Part shown: positions 21,051-30,297 of the stretch, piece after piece | Layout: each line of letters begins with the position of its first letter | Position numbering within the stretch: position 1 is the first letter of the stretch | Source of the DNA: Candidatus Uhrbacteria bacterium | GTDB lineage: Bacteria > Patescibacteriota > Patescibacteriia > UBA9934 > GWF2-40-263 | DNA: 64,000 bases | Assembly (NCBI GenBank): GCA_016188495.1 | Contig: JACPHU010000002.1 | Location: 7,363-71,362 of the forward strand | Direction: 5' to 3' | Made by a program: the position numbers and the translations under genes | Notes under the pieces: generated by a model | Database searches by the model: none | What the model saw: the letters and a program-made list of their open reading frames with translations, nothing else | Told to the model about the DNA's origin: nothing

Positions 21051-22061
21051 ATGTTGCGAATTGGGATTAATGGATTCGGCCGTATTGGTCGAACAGCGCT
21101 GCGTGCGGGATGGGAACGAAAAGAACTTTCTTTTGTCGCAATTAATGATCTGACAGAGCCCAACACCCTTGCTCATTTGTTGAAGTATGATTCCGTTTTT
21201 CGTACATGGAATCTAGATATACAGGCCGGAAAAGACCATCTTAAAATAAATGGCCAGAGAATCCCTGTTTTTAATCAAACAGATCCAACACTCATTCCCT
21301 GGGGTTCTCAAGGAGTTGATGTCGTCATTGAATCAACAGGACGCTTCACAAAGCTTGTCGATGCCCGAAAACATCTGGAAGCAGGAGCGAAGAAAGTGGT
21401 GATTTCTGCCCCCTCTGACGAAGCCCCTACGTTTTTAATGGGTGTGAATCAGACTCTTTGCAAAAAAACGGATACCGTTGTCAATAACGCGTCCTGCACA
21501 ACAAACTCTGTTGCGCCCGTTGCTCAAATTCTTTCAGAAACCATTGGCGTGAAAAAAGCCATGATGACCACGATCCATTCCGTTACCGCCGAACAAAATA
21601 TCGTTGACAGTTTGCCTCCAAAACTTAAGCCAGATTTGCGGCGTGCTCGTTCCGCTCTTATTAACATCGTCCCCACCTCTACAGGAGCTGCGAAAGCAAC
21701 GACCGAAGTGGTCACAAGCTTGAAAAATAAATTTGACGGGATCGCTGTACGTGTGCCGACGATCGATGTGTCATTAACGGATTTCACGTTCGTTCTTAAA
21801 AAGAAGACTTCTGTTGATGAGGTGAATACACTCTTTAAGAATGCCGCCAAGAGCAAACGTTGGAAAGGGATTTTGGGTGTCACGGACGAACCTCTTGTTT
21901 CCACGGATTTTATCGGAAGTTCCTACGGTTCCATTGTTGATTTGGCAATGACAAGAGTCGTCGATGGCGATCTTCTTAAGGTGTTGGCCTGGTATGACAA
22001 TGAATGGGGATATACCCAGCGTTTATTAGATTTAGTCACCTATGTTGGAAAGCTTTCTTAA
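21051..22061 (+). CDS. gap: glyceraldehyde-3-phosphate dehydrogenase
   Basis: INGFGRIGR Rossmann motif; catalytic ASCTTNS motif; C-terminal WYDNEWGY. Confidence 0.92.
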   Translation: MLRIGINGFGRIGRTALRAGWERKELSFVAINDLTEPNTLAHLLKYDSVFRTWNLDIQAGKDHLKINGQRIPVFNQTDPTLIPWGSQGVDVVIESTGRFTKLVDARKHLEAGAKKVVISAPSDEAPTFLMGVNQTLCKKTDTVVNNASCTTNSVAPVAQILSETIGVKKAMMTTIHSVTAEQNIVDSLPPKLKPDLRRARSALINIVPTSTGAAKATTEVVTSLKNKFDGIAVRVPTIDVSLTDFTFVLKKKTSVDEVNTLFKNAAKSKRWKGILGVTDEPLVSTDFIGSSYGSIVDLAMTRVVDGDLLKVLAWYDNEWGYTQRLLDLVTYVGKLS

Positions 22062-22070
22062 GAAACAGAT

Positions 22071-22574
22071 ATGAGAAAATCTACATCGCTTGATCTATTC
22101 ATAAAGGGATCCTATTTGGGAGGTGTCTCTTTGGCTCTTGTTCTTCTTCGTTTGGTGATGGGAATTCTTTTTTTTCTCGCAGGATGGTCAAAACTGATGA
22201 CCGATGGTGGATGGAGTGCTGCAGGCTATCTTCAGCATGCAACCGGTCCTTTTGCCTCTTGGTTTGTATCATTGGCAGGTAATCCTGTTGTCGACCAGTT
22301 AAACATCTGGGGACTTTTGTTGATTGGTCTGGCATTTATCTCTGGTTTATTTATGCGTCCTGCAGCTTTTTTTGGCATATTGATCATGCTGCTCTATTAT
22401 TTTTCTGATTTCGTCGGCAATACCGTTCATGGACTGATCGACGAACATATTGTCTATGCAACTGTCCTTTTTTTGTTTTTGGTCGGCGGATTTGGCCATG
22501 TGTTTGGAATCGACGGATTGATCCAAAGACGACTAGACCAAAGACACAAATGGACTCGAATCTTTTTTGGGTAG
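22071..22574 (+). CDS. DoxX-like small membrane protein
   Basis: 167 aa, four TM helices; LAGWSKL segment resembles the DoxX family. Confidence 0.4.
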   Translation: MRKSTSLDLFIKGSYLGGVSLALVLLRLVMGILFFLAGWSKLMTDGGWSAAGYLQHATGPFASWFVSLAGNPVVDQLNIWGLLLIGLAFISGLFMRPAAFFGILIMLLYYFSDFVGNTVHGLIDEHIVYATVLFLFLVGGFGHVFGIDGLIQRRLDQRHKWTRIFFG

Positions 22575-22596
22575 AGTGAGATCTCTCATGTTCGTT

Positions 22597-23784
22597 ATGA
22601 AATTACGCAAACTTGGAAATGCGATAAGTGTAAAAGGGAAACGAGTGCTTATTCGTATTGATGCCAACGTTCCTGTTGTCAAAGGTCGTGCTCAAGATGG
22701 TCCTCATGGACGGATTGCACGTTCTGCTGTTGATATTAACTGGCTGTCACAGCGTGGGGCAAAGGTGATTGTGATGGCTCATCTTGGCAGACCAAAAGGA
22801 AGGCGTGTTCCGGCCTATTCCCTTAAGCCCGTTGCTAAACGTCTCTCAGGATTACTCGGAAGTAAAATTAAACTTACCCGATCTGTCGTTGGGAAAGATG
22901 TCGAGAAATCTGTTGTGGCCATGCAAGAAGGAGATATTCTTTTATTGGAAAATTTACGTTTTGATTCAAGAGAAGAGGAAAACGCGCCGTCATTGGCTGA
23001 AGCTCTGGCCAGGCTAGGAGATTTATATGTGAATGACGCCTTCTCGGTTTCGCATAGGGCGCATGCCTCTGTTGATGCTCTTACCTCCAATCTTCCTTCT
23101 TATGCCGGACCATTGCTTGCTCAAGAAATAAGCGTGTTGAGCCGTCTAGAACAGAAAGCAAAACATCCATTTATTTTAGTGCTCGGAGGATTAAAAATGA
23201 GCACCAAACTTCCTATCATTAAGAGATTTATCGATCAGCTGGATTTCGTTCTTATCGCAGGAGCTTTGGCAAATATTTTTTTGGTCGCACAAGGATTCTC
23301 TGTTGGGAAATCTGTGTTTGAAGAGGGTGTTCTTGAAGAAGCAAAATGGTTGCTCAGTACGCATGGCGAAAAGATCGTCCTGCCGGTGGATGTGTTGTGT
23401 GTGCGTTCATTGCGTAAAGACGCAAAGAGAACTGTTTGTTCTATCGATCAAATTCACGAAAAAGACCGTGTCGTCGATATTGGTCCACAGACGCAAAAAC
23501 AGTTTGAGCAAATTCTTCATCAAGCCAAAACGATCGTCTGGAACGGACCCCTTGGCTACTGTGAAATACCTGCCTTTGCCCAGGCAACTGAGCAAATCGC
23601 AAAAGTTATTGCTCATCAAACAAGTCACGCAACCACGATTGTGGGCGGAGGAGATACGCTTCCCGTCATTGAATCACTCCATTTAGCTGATAAATACACG
23701 CTTCTTTCAACCGGAGGCGGGGCTCTTCTCCAATTTCTCTCAGGGGAATCGCTTCCGGGTATTGATGCGCTTAAAACTTCATAG
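22597..23784 (+). CDS. pgk: phosphoglycerate kinase
   Basis: KGKRVLIRIDANVPV N-terminal motif; hinge and C-terminal GGGDT-like region; start trimmed to MKLRK. Confidence 0.9.
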   Translation: MKLRKLGNAISVKGKRVLIRIDANVPVVKGRAQDGPHGRIARSAVDINWLSQRGAKVIVMAHLGRPKGRRVPAYSLKPVAKRLSGLLGSKIKLTRSVVGKDVEKSVVAMQEGDILLLENLRFDSREEENAPSLAEALARLGDLYVNDAFSVSHRAHASVDALTSNLPSYAGPLLAQEISVLSRLEQKAKHPFILVLGGLKMSTKLPIIKRFIDQLDFVLIAGALANIFLVAQGFSVGKSVFEEGVLEEAKWLLSTHGEKIVLPVDVLCVRSLRKDAKRTVCSIDQIHEKDRVVDIGPQTQKQFEQILHQAKTIVWNGPLGYCEIPAFAQATEQIAKVIAHQTSHATTIVGGGDTLPVIESLHLADKYTLLSTGGGALLQFLSGESLPGIDALKTS

Positions 23785-23901
23785 AACTTCCTCACTTGGC
23801 GCATAGCTTTGTCGAAATCTACGTTTTTTGTTCACTGTATGTGAATACAGCTCATAAAAAGCCTCGATTTCTTCGCGCTCTGCATCCAATTGAGAAAGTT
23901 C
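23784..23901. repeat. family-2 palindromic repeat (copy K1) between pgk and eno
   Basis: TIR gaacttcctcacttgg/ccaattgagaaagttc; about 95% identical to the copy at 40861-40979. Confidence 0.8.
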
Positions 23902-23910
23902 TACATCATT

Positions 23911-25191
23911 ATGAAGATTGAATCTATACACGCCCATGAGATCCTCGATTCTCGCGGCAACCCGACACTCAACGTGACGGTTCTGTTGGAGAATGGTCTA
24001 TCTGGAAGCGCTTCTGTTCCAAGCGGAGCCTCTACGGGAGTCCATGAAGCGCTTGAGTTACGCGATGCGGATCCTAAACGCTATCATGGCAAAGGAGTGC
24101 TTAAGGCTCTTGCGAACGTGCATAAGAAGATTGCTCCAGCGCTTGTCGGCATGGATGTCACGCGTCAGCGCGATATTGATGCAGCAATGAATTTACTCGA
24201 TGGCAGTGCCAATAAATCCAACCTTGGTGCCAACGCCATTTTAGGTGTTTCTCTTGCGTGCGCCCATGCGGGGGCTCGGGCAAAACAAATGCCTTTGTAT
24301 GCCTACGTTCGCCATACATTTGATCTCCCTTTTGAAACATATCGGATGCCTGTTCCCACAATGAATGTATTAAATGGGGGAGCTCATGCAGGATGGATTC
24401 TTGATTTTCAAGAATTCATGATCGTTCCAAAACAATCGACCTTTCGAGAACGCGTAAGAGCCGGAGCAGAAATTTTTTATGAGTTAGGGCTTTTGTTAAA
24501 GAAAAAGGGTTTTTCGACTCTAAAAGGCGATGAAGGAGGATATGCTATTTCTCTTAAACGTAATGAAGACGCCTTTAAACTAATCATACAAGCGATTAAA
24601 AACGCTCAGTACCAACCAGGGAAAAATGTCTTCTTAGCCATGGATCCAGCGGTTTCTGAACTTTATGACGAAAAGTCGAAGCGTTATCATCTTAAAACGG
24701 AAGGAAAATCCCTTACCAGCACGCAAATGATTGTGATGTGGGAACGCTGGATCAAAAAGTATCCTATTATTTCTCTTGAAGATGGTTTGGATCAAGATGA
24801 TTGGGACGGATGGATTGAGATGACCAAAAAACTGGGAAAGAAAATGATTTTAGTCGGAGATGATTTTTTGGTGACGAATGTAGAGCGCCTGACACAGGCC
24901 ATTGAACGCAAAGCGGGAAACGCCATTTTGATCAAAGTTAATCAGATCGGCACGCTTTCGGAGACGATTGATGCCATTATGCTCGCCAAGCAGTATGGGT
25001 ATAAGATCAGCGTCTCGCACCGTTCAGGAGAGACCGTCGATACAACGATTGCTGACTTGGCTGTCGCCGTAAACGCTGACTATATTAAAACAGGTTCCCT
25101 GTCTCGTTCTGAACGTTTAGAAAAATATAATCGACTCATGGAGATTGAAGAGGAGGTTTCTGCCTATGCCAGACAAAATAAAAAAACCTAG
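23911..25191 (+). CDS. eno: enolase
   Basis: MKIESIHAHEILDSRGNPT canonical N-terminus; SHRSGETVDT active-site region. Confidence 0.93.
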   Translation: MKIESIHAHEILDSRGNPTLNVTVLLENGLSGSASVPSGASTGVHEALELRDADPKRYHGKGVLKALANVHKKIAPALVGMDVTRQRDIDAAMNLLDGSANKSNLGANAILGVSLACAHAGARAKQMPLYAYVRHTFDLPFETYRMPVPTMNVLNGGAHAGWILDFQEFMIVPKQSTFRERVRAGAEIFYELGLLLKKKGFSTLKGDEGGYAISLKRNEDAFKLIIQAIKNAQYQPGKNVFLAMDPAVSELYDEKSKRYHLKTEGKSLTSTQMIVMWERWIKKYPIISLEDGLDQDDWDGWIEMTKKLGKKMILVGDDFLVTNVERLTQAIERKAGNAILIKVNQIGTLSETIDAIMLAKQYGYKISVSHRSGETVDTTIADLAVAVNADYIKTGSLSRSERLEKYNRLMEIEEEVSAYARQNKKT

Positions 25192-26746
25192 CGTCCTTAT
25201 TGTGATTGATGGATTTGGCGTTGCTCCCGATGGAGAGGGGAACGCGATTACTCAATCACAGACGCCAAATTTTGATCGTTTTATTCGTACCTATCCAACC
25301 ATGACATTACGCGCTTCAGGAGAAGAGGTAGGTCTCTCTTGGGGAGAAATGGGAAATTCAGAGGTGGGACATCTCACCATCGGTGCCGGACGTGTGTATT
25401 ATCAAACCTTCCCAAGAATCAATCGAGCCATGGAGACGGGTGAATTTGCAAGCAATGAGGCGTTCGTTCATGCCTTTGAACATGCCAAGCAATATAACAG
25501 TCGTTTGCATTTGATCGGCATGGTTTCACAAGGCAGGGTTCACTCCATGGATTTGCATTGCCATGCGCTTTTGCAGGCAGCAAAAGAAGCAGGGGTGAAG
25601 GAGGTTTTTATTCAGGCAATCTTAGACGGACGCGACACGCTTTATAATGTCGGAATTGATTTTGTCACAACGCTTCAAGAAAAAATTCAAGAATACGGTA
25701 TTGGGAAAATAGCTTCTGTCTCTGGACGTTATTACGCGATGGATCGCGATACCCGTTGGGATCGTATCAATAAAGCCTATAACGCCATGGTTTTGGGTGA
25801 AGGCGAACAGGCAGAGGATGCGCTTTCGGCGATCAAGGCTTCTTACCAGAGGGAAGTGTATGATGAAGAATTCGTCCCCACAGTCATTGTTGAACATGGC
25901 CAGCCCGTTGGTTTGGTGCAGGATAACGATGCAGTGATCTTTTTTAATTTTAGGCCTGACCGCATGCGCGAGTTAGTCAAGGCTTTTGTATTGCCATCGT
26001 TTGATGGATTTCCTCGCAAGACTCTCCTGAATCTTTTCCCTGTCACCTTTGTCGAATATGAGAAAGGTCTTCCTGTTGAGATTGCCTTTGCTCCCGAACA
26101 GATACAGCAGTGCTTGGCACAGGTACTTTCTGAAGCAGGGATGACACAGCTTCATATTGCGGAAACGGAAAAATACGCCCATGCCACGTTTTTTTTAAAT
26201 GGAACCAAAGAAGATCCTTTTCTCGGTGAGGAACGCATTATTATTCCTTCGCCCAGCGTTGCGGCCTATAATCAGGTTCCGGAAATGAGCGCCCGTAAGA
26301 TTACGGAGCGAGTCATTAAAGAAATGCAGGACAATACATTTGATTTTATTGTCATGAATTTTGCCAATCCGGATATGGTCGGGCACACGGGAGATTTGGA
26401 AGCAACGATCAAGGCTGTGACCGTAGTCGATGAGTGTTTAGGAAAGATCGTCGAGGAAACCCTTGCGCGTGACGGGCGTGTCTTTATCACTGCTGATCAC
26501 GGAAACGCCGAAGAGATGCGTAATTTACGCACAGGCGAAATGGATAAAGAGCACGCGACCAACCCAGTTCCGTTTGTCATCATCGGCAATGCCTACGAGG
26601 GCCAGCCCTCTATTGCGGGCGAAGTGCCAGAAGGGAACCTTTCGCTTATGTCTCCGGTGGGAATGCTCTCAGACGTCGCTCCTACCATTTTAGCGGTGAT
26701 GGGAATTCAACAGCCTCCTGAAATGACCGGACAGCCTTTGATTTGA
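25166..26746 (+). CDS. gpmI: 2,3-bisphosphoglycerate-independent phosphoglycerate mutase
   Basis: VLIVIDGFGVAP, SEVGHLTIGAGR and ADHGNAE motifs of iPGM. Confidence 0.9.
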   Translation: MPDKIKKPSVLIVIDGFGVAPDGEGNAITQSQTPNFDRFIRTYPTMTLRASGEEVGLSWGEMGNSEVGHLTIGAGRVYYQTFPRINRAMETGEFASNEAFVHAFEHAKQYNSRLHLIGMVSQGRVHSMDLHCHALLQAAKEAGVKEVFIQAILDGRDTLYNVGIDFVTTLQEKIQEYGIGKIASVSGRYYAMDRDTRWDRINKAYNAMVLGEGEQAEDALSAIKASYQREVYDEEFVPTVIVEHGQPVGLVQDNDAVIFFNFRPDRMRELVKAFVLPSFDGFPRKTLLNLFPVTFVEYEKGLPVEIAFAPEQIQQCLAQVLSEAGMTQLHIAETEKYAHATFFLNGTKEDPFLGEERIIIPSPSVAAYNQVPEMSARKITERVIKEMQDNTFDFIVMNFANPDMVGHTGDLEATIKAVTVVDECLGKIVEETLARDGRVFITADHGNAEEMRNLRTGEMDKEHATNPVPFVIIGNAYEGQPSIAGEVPEGNLSLMSPVGMLSDVAPTILAVMGIQQPPEMTGQPLI

Positions 26747-26747
26747 T

Positions 26748-27461
26748 ATGGTCTCCAAACAACAGATTATTCAGATATTAAAACGATTGAAGAAATATTG
26801 GCCAAACCCTGGAGCCATGGAGATTGGTAATCCATATCAGAATCTTGTGGGAGTCCTTTTATCTGCGCGCACAAGAGACGAACAGGTGTTGAAGTTAATG
26901 CCTGGATTTTTTGAGGCGTTTCCAACGGTTTACGTCCTTGCACAAGCAAGCGAAAAACAGATTGAATCTCACATCAATACGATCGGGATGTTCCATCAAA
27001 AAGCCAAGAATCTTAAAAAGATGGCAACGGATGTGGTGAATACATACGATGGTTCCATCCCCAGTACCATGGAGGATCTTGTTTCCCTTGCGGGAGTGGG
27101 TCGCAAGACGGCAAGCGTCGTTCTGGTCGCTTCTTTCCAGACGCCTGCCATTGCCGTAGACACGCATGTGCATCGCGTGACAAATCGGTTAGGATGGGTA
27201 AAGACGCAGACGCCTGAAAAAACGGAACAAGCGCTTTTGAAGATGATTCCAGACAAGTGGAAACACACCGTGAATCAGGTGTTTGTGAAGCATGGGCGCT
27301 ATCTTTGCATCAGCAAACCGCGTTGTTGGGCATGTCCCGTGCGTGATCTTTGCGCGTTTAAAAAGAAAAATCTCACCGCTCCCAAAAATGCCGATGAGAT
27401 TCTGACAGATATTCAACGTCGGGAACGAACACTCGAACAACTTCGGGAACACGCGGTATGA
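26748..27461 (+). CDS. nth: endonuclease III (DNA glycosylase/AP lyase)
   Basis: HhH-GPD region (GVGRKTASVVL), catalytic Lys/Asp context, C-terminal CX6CX2CX5C 4Fe-4S cluster loop. Confidence 0.88.
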   Translation: MVSKQQIIQILKRLKKYWPNPGAMEIGNPYQNLVGVLLSARTRDEQVLKLMPGFFEAFPTVYVLAQASEKQIESHINTIGMFHQKAKNLKKMATDVVNTYDGSIPSTMEDLVSLAGVGRKTASVVLVASFQTPAIAVDTHVHRVTNRLGWVKTQTPEKTEQALLKMIPDKWKHTVNQVFVKHGRYLCISKPRCWACPVRDLCAFKKKNLTAPKNADEILTDIQRRERTLEQLREHAV

Positions 27462-28021
27462 TATCTATGTCTTTTGACCAAACACTAAGTAGAAATATTT
27501 ATCGCATCGCCAAGGATTCCTGGATATTACGTCCGTTGGCTATTTTTTGTGCAAACACGCTTTTGTTTATCATGATCACTGCCATTGTGTTTACCTGTTC
27601 GGCTCTGGATTGTGATGCGGACTTTTGGAGGCGTACGCAAGGTCATGCATTTACGTTAGGTTTGCCCTTGTTTATCACTTGGCTTGTGACGTTTTTTTTA
27701 CAAAAAACAATAAAACGGGCTCGACCGTTTGAACAGGGAAGAGACGAACCACTCATAAAAATGGTCTGGATCGAACCGTCTTTTCCTTCGGCTCATTCTG
27801 CTGTGGCTTTTGCGACCGCTGTGGTCGGATCTTATTTCTATTGGGAACTGTTTGGTCCGTGGTTATTTTTTGTCGCGATCGCTGTGGCGATAAGTCGGGT
27901 GGCCGTTGGTGTCCACTACATGAGCGATGTCTTTTTTGGGGCGCTTCTTGGTGTGATGATCGGTAGCTCGTCGCTGTTTGCCTTATTGTGGCTTGTGTTT
28001 TTTTCACCTTTTTTACATTAA
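27458..28021 (+). CDS. PAP2-family lipid phosphatase (undecaprenyl-diphosphatase/PgpB-like)
   Basis: KRARPF, PSAHS and SRVAVGVHYMSD motifs form the PAP2 signature. Confidence 0.75.
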   Translation: MISMSFDQTLSRNIYRIAKDSWILRPLAIFCANTLLFIMITAIVFTCSALDCDADFWRRTQGHAFTLGLPLFITWLVTFFLQKTIKRARPFEQGRDEPLIKMVWIEPSFPSAHSAVAFATAVVGSYFYWELFGPWLFFVAIAVAISRVAVGVHYMSDVFFGALLGVMIGSSSLFALLWLVFFSPFLH

Positions 28022-28025
28022 TACT

Positions 28026-28508
28026 ATGAGTAAAAAAATCATTGCCGTTTCAGGAGGGTTCGATCCTATTCACGTAGGCCATGTTCGTATGATCCAAGAA
28101 GCGGCAGCGCTCGGGGATCAATTGGTGGTTATTTTGAACAACGATCATTGGCTCATGAAGAAAAAAGGATATGTCTTTATGCCTCAGGAACAACGTAAGG
28201 AGATCATCGAAGCGATCGCTGGAGTTTCGGCTGTCGTCCTGACAAACCATGAACCGGATTGTGCGGATATGAGCGTGTGTGATGCGTTGAAGGAAATAAA
28301 GCCCGACATCTTTGCCAACGGAGGCGATCGTTTTGCCGATAACATTCCCGAGGCCGTGCTTGCACGCGAACTTGGAATTGAAACCATTTTTAATATCGGC
28401 CACGGAGGAAAAGTTCAATCAAGCTCCTGGCTCACCGCCGAAGATCGTGACGTACGCGAATGTTTTTGCCGATCCGGATTAAAATACGTTCAGTGTCACG
28501 GAAAATAA
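28026..28508 (+). CDS. cytidylyltransferase-like nucleotidyltransferase (TagD/RfaE-domain-II-like)
   Basis: AVSGGFDPIHVGHVRMI contains the (H/T)xGH nucleotidyltransferase motif; about 160 aa. Confidence 0.65.
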   Translation: MSKKIIAVSGGFDPIHVGHVRMIQEAAALGDQLVVILNNDHWLMKKKGYVFMPQEQRKEIIEAIAGVSAVVLTNHEPDCADMSVCDALKEIKPDIFANGGDRFADNIPEAVLARELGIETIFNIGHGGKVQSSSWLTAEDRDVRECFCRSGLKYVQCHGK

Positions 28509-28522
28509 TTTTTGAGTATCTT

Positions 28523-29545
28523 ATGTTGCGACTTATTGGAATTATTTTAGGAATACTCTTGATTGTCGGTGTGGTTGTTTCCGGTTCTTACCTTTTTGAT
28601 GCCTATTTCGCCAAGCCGGACGATCAAGCTCAACCAATAGCATTTTCTATCGCAGAAGGAAGTTCTACCGAGGCGATTGCCAGTGGTCTTGAAGATCGGG
28701 GGCTCATCACAAGCAAGCTTTTTTTTAAAACGTACGTACGTTTTTCCAAAGCCACGCTTCAAGCCGGAGAATTTCAGTTGACTCAAGGGATGAGTCTGCG
28801 GACATTAGTTTCTGCATTGAGTTTTGCTCGCGCCCGCGAGGTACAGATCACGATTCCGGAAGGGTACACCGCTTCAGAAATAGGAAAGACCGTGACAGAG
28901 GTTTTACCTGGAATTTCGACTGAACAATGGGAAGAAGTGGTGGGCACTAGTGGCAAAGGAATGTCCTCCGTCAGTGATATTCTCGCAGGTATTCCAAGCG
29001 GACAAGGACTAGAAGGATATCTGTTTCCTGACACGTATCGGTTCCGAGAGGATGCTGACGCAGAAACCGTTGCACAAACGATGGTTTTAACACTCAAGCG
29101 TCGACTCGCAGAAAACGACATTACGATTCCTCGCAATCTTATTTTTGAAGGAGGCTTAACGTTTCATGAAATGTTGACCTTGGCCTCAATAGTGGAACGG
29201 GAAGTCAGGGGCCCCGAAGACATGAAAATCGTCGCAGGGATTTTTTATACAAGACTCAAAATCGGCATGGCTTTGCAAGCCGATTCGACGGTGAATTACG
29301 TGACCGGAGGCAACACGCCATCTATTAGTCTGGATGATAGTTATATCGATTCCCCCTACAACACCTATCGGAATTTAGGGCTTCCACCGGGACCCATTAG
29401 CAATCCGGGAATGAATGCCATTTTGGCGACCCTTCATCCTGTGGATTCAGATTATCTTTATTTCCTGACAACTCCAGAAGGGAAAGTCATTTATAGCAAG
29501 ACCTTTGATGAGCATGTTGCGAATAAGTATCAGTATTTGAAATAA
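28523..29545 (+). CDS. mltG: endolytic murein transglycosylase MltG (YceG family)
   Basis: N-terminal TM anchor; EGYLFPDTYRF and LTLASIVEREV motifs typical of YceG/MltG. Confidence 0.8.
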   Translation: MLRLIGIILGILLIVGVVVSGSYLFDAYFAKPDDQAQPIAFSIAEGSSTEAIASGLEDRGLITSKLFFKTYVRFSKATLQAGEFQLTQGMSLRTLVSALSFARAREVQITIPEGYTASEIGKTVTEVLPGISTEQWEEVVGTSGKGMSSVSDILAGIPSGQGLEGYLFPDTYRFREDADAETVAQTMVLTLKRRLAENDITIPRNLIFEGGLTFHEMLTLASIVEREVRGPEDMKIVAGIFYTRLKIGMALQADSTVNYVTGGNTPSISLDDSYIDSPYNTYRNLGLPPGPISNPGMNAILATLHPVDSDYLYFLTTPEGKVIYSKTFDEHVANKYQYLK

Positions 29546-29565
29546 GTTTTATCCAGAAACGACAA

Positions 29566-29592
29566 GACCCATCCAATGTGTTTGGATGGGTC
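29566..29592 (+). terminator. stem-loop after mltG (no T-run, so a weak terminator)
   Basis: gacccatccaa...ttggatgggtc 11-bp stem. Confidence 0.35.
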
Positions 29593-29990
29593 CGTGGGTG
29601 AGCCACCTTCATTTGGTGAGGTAGCTCGATTTGCAGAAGTCTCCGTCGGGCCCGAACCCGCGGAGATTTTCGTTTCGGCTGTATCGCGCGACCTGGTCGG
29701 TCGCGGGCAGTCGAAAGAGAGTGATTCCTCCCCTCCGGTGCGTGGTCCAGGTGAGGATACGCATGGACGAATCCTCGAATGCACCGACGCATTCCTTCCT
29801 CGTTCGAACGGTCAGGAAGGTATCATCGTCCGACGACGCTCTTGTTTCAGATACGATTCCCAAACCAAGAACGAGGATGATAAGAAGCTTGCGCATGGGA
29901 TTCCTCCTGATTGCGCGTTTTTCCGACCTTTTTCGGTAATCGAAAAAGGTATAAACTGTCAAATTAACCCTGAAATAATATCATAAAATT
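29593..29990. ncRNA. GC-rich, hairpin-dense noncoding region (candidate structured RNA of unknown class)
   Basis: series of tight stems (cgcgacc/ggtcgcg, gaggat/atcctc, gaatgc/gcattc, ccttcct/aggaagg, accttttt/aaaaaggt); only short overlapping ORFs in several frames; local GC well above the window average. Confidence 0.3.
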
Positions 29991-30049
29991 AGCATTTTGT
30001 CAATGATTTATGTATATTTTACGTTAATTTTGGTAGACATTCTTGTTCT

Positions 30050-30215
30050 ATTTACTGCCTGAGCCTGCCTACCGTGAGCTGTTTGCCATGAGCTTGTCGA
30101 ATGGTCGAACGGTCGAAGGCCGCAAATACACCCTTCGACTCCGACTCGTCGGACGAGTCTCCGCTCAGGGAATATACAGCTTGATACTGCGTAAGCTTGG
30201 CTCGCGGGGAGGTTT
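30050..30215. repeat. family-3 repeat (copy L1)
   Basis: shares ctgagcttgtcgaa, cccttcgact and cgctcagggaatat blocks with 63043-63117 and with the interior of the repeat at 61806-62000. Confidence 0.65.
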
Positions 30216-30297
30216 ATTGACGTAGAGAGTTTTTTTGATTAAGTTGATGTTCTCAGATTTTTGAGAAAGAAGGTTCTTTATACAAAGGAGGTCATTC

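Noticed and set aside
29593-29990. Tested the GC-rich structured region as RNase P RNA, tmRNA or SRP RNA.
   Set aside because: I could not find the universally conserved blocks: GGAAAGTCCGGGC for the RNase P P4 helix, GGTTCGAxTCC with a CCA acceptor end for tmRNA, or GTCAGGTCCGGAAGGAAGCAGC for SRP. The class is left unknown rather than named.
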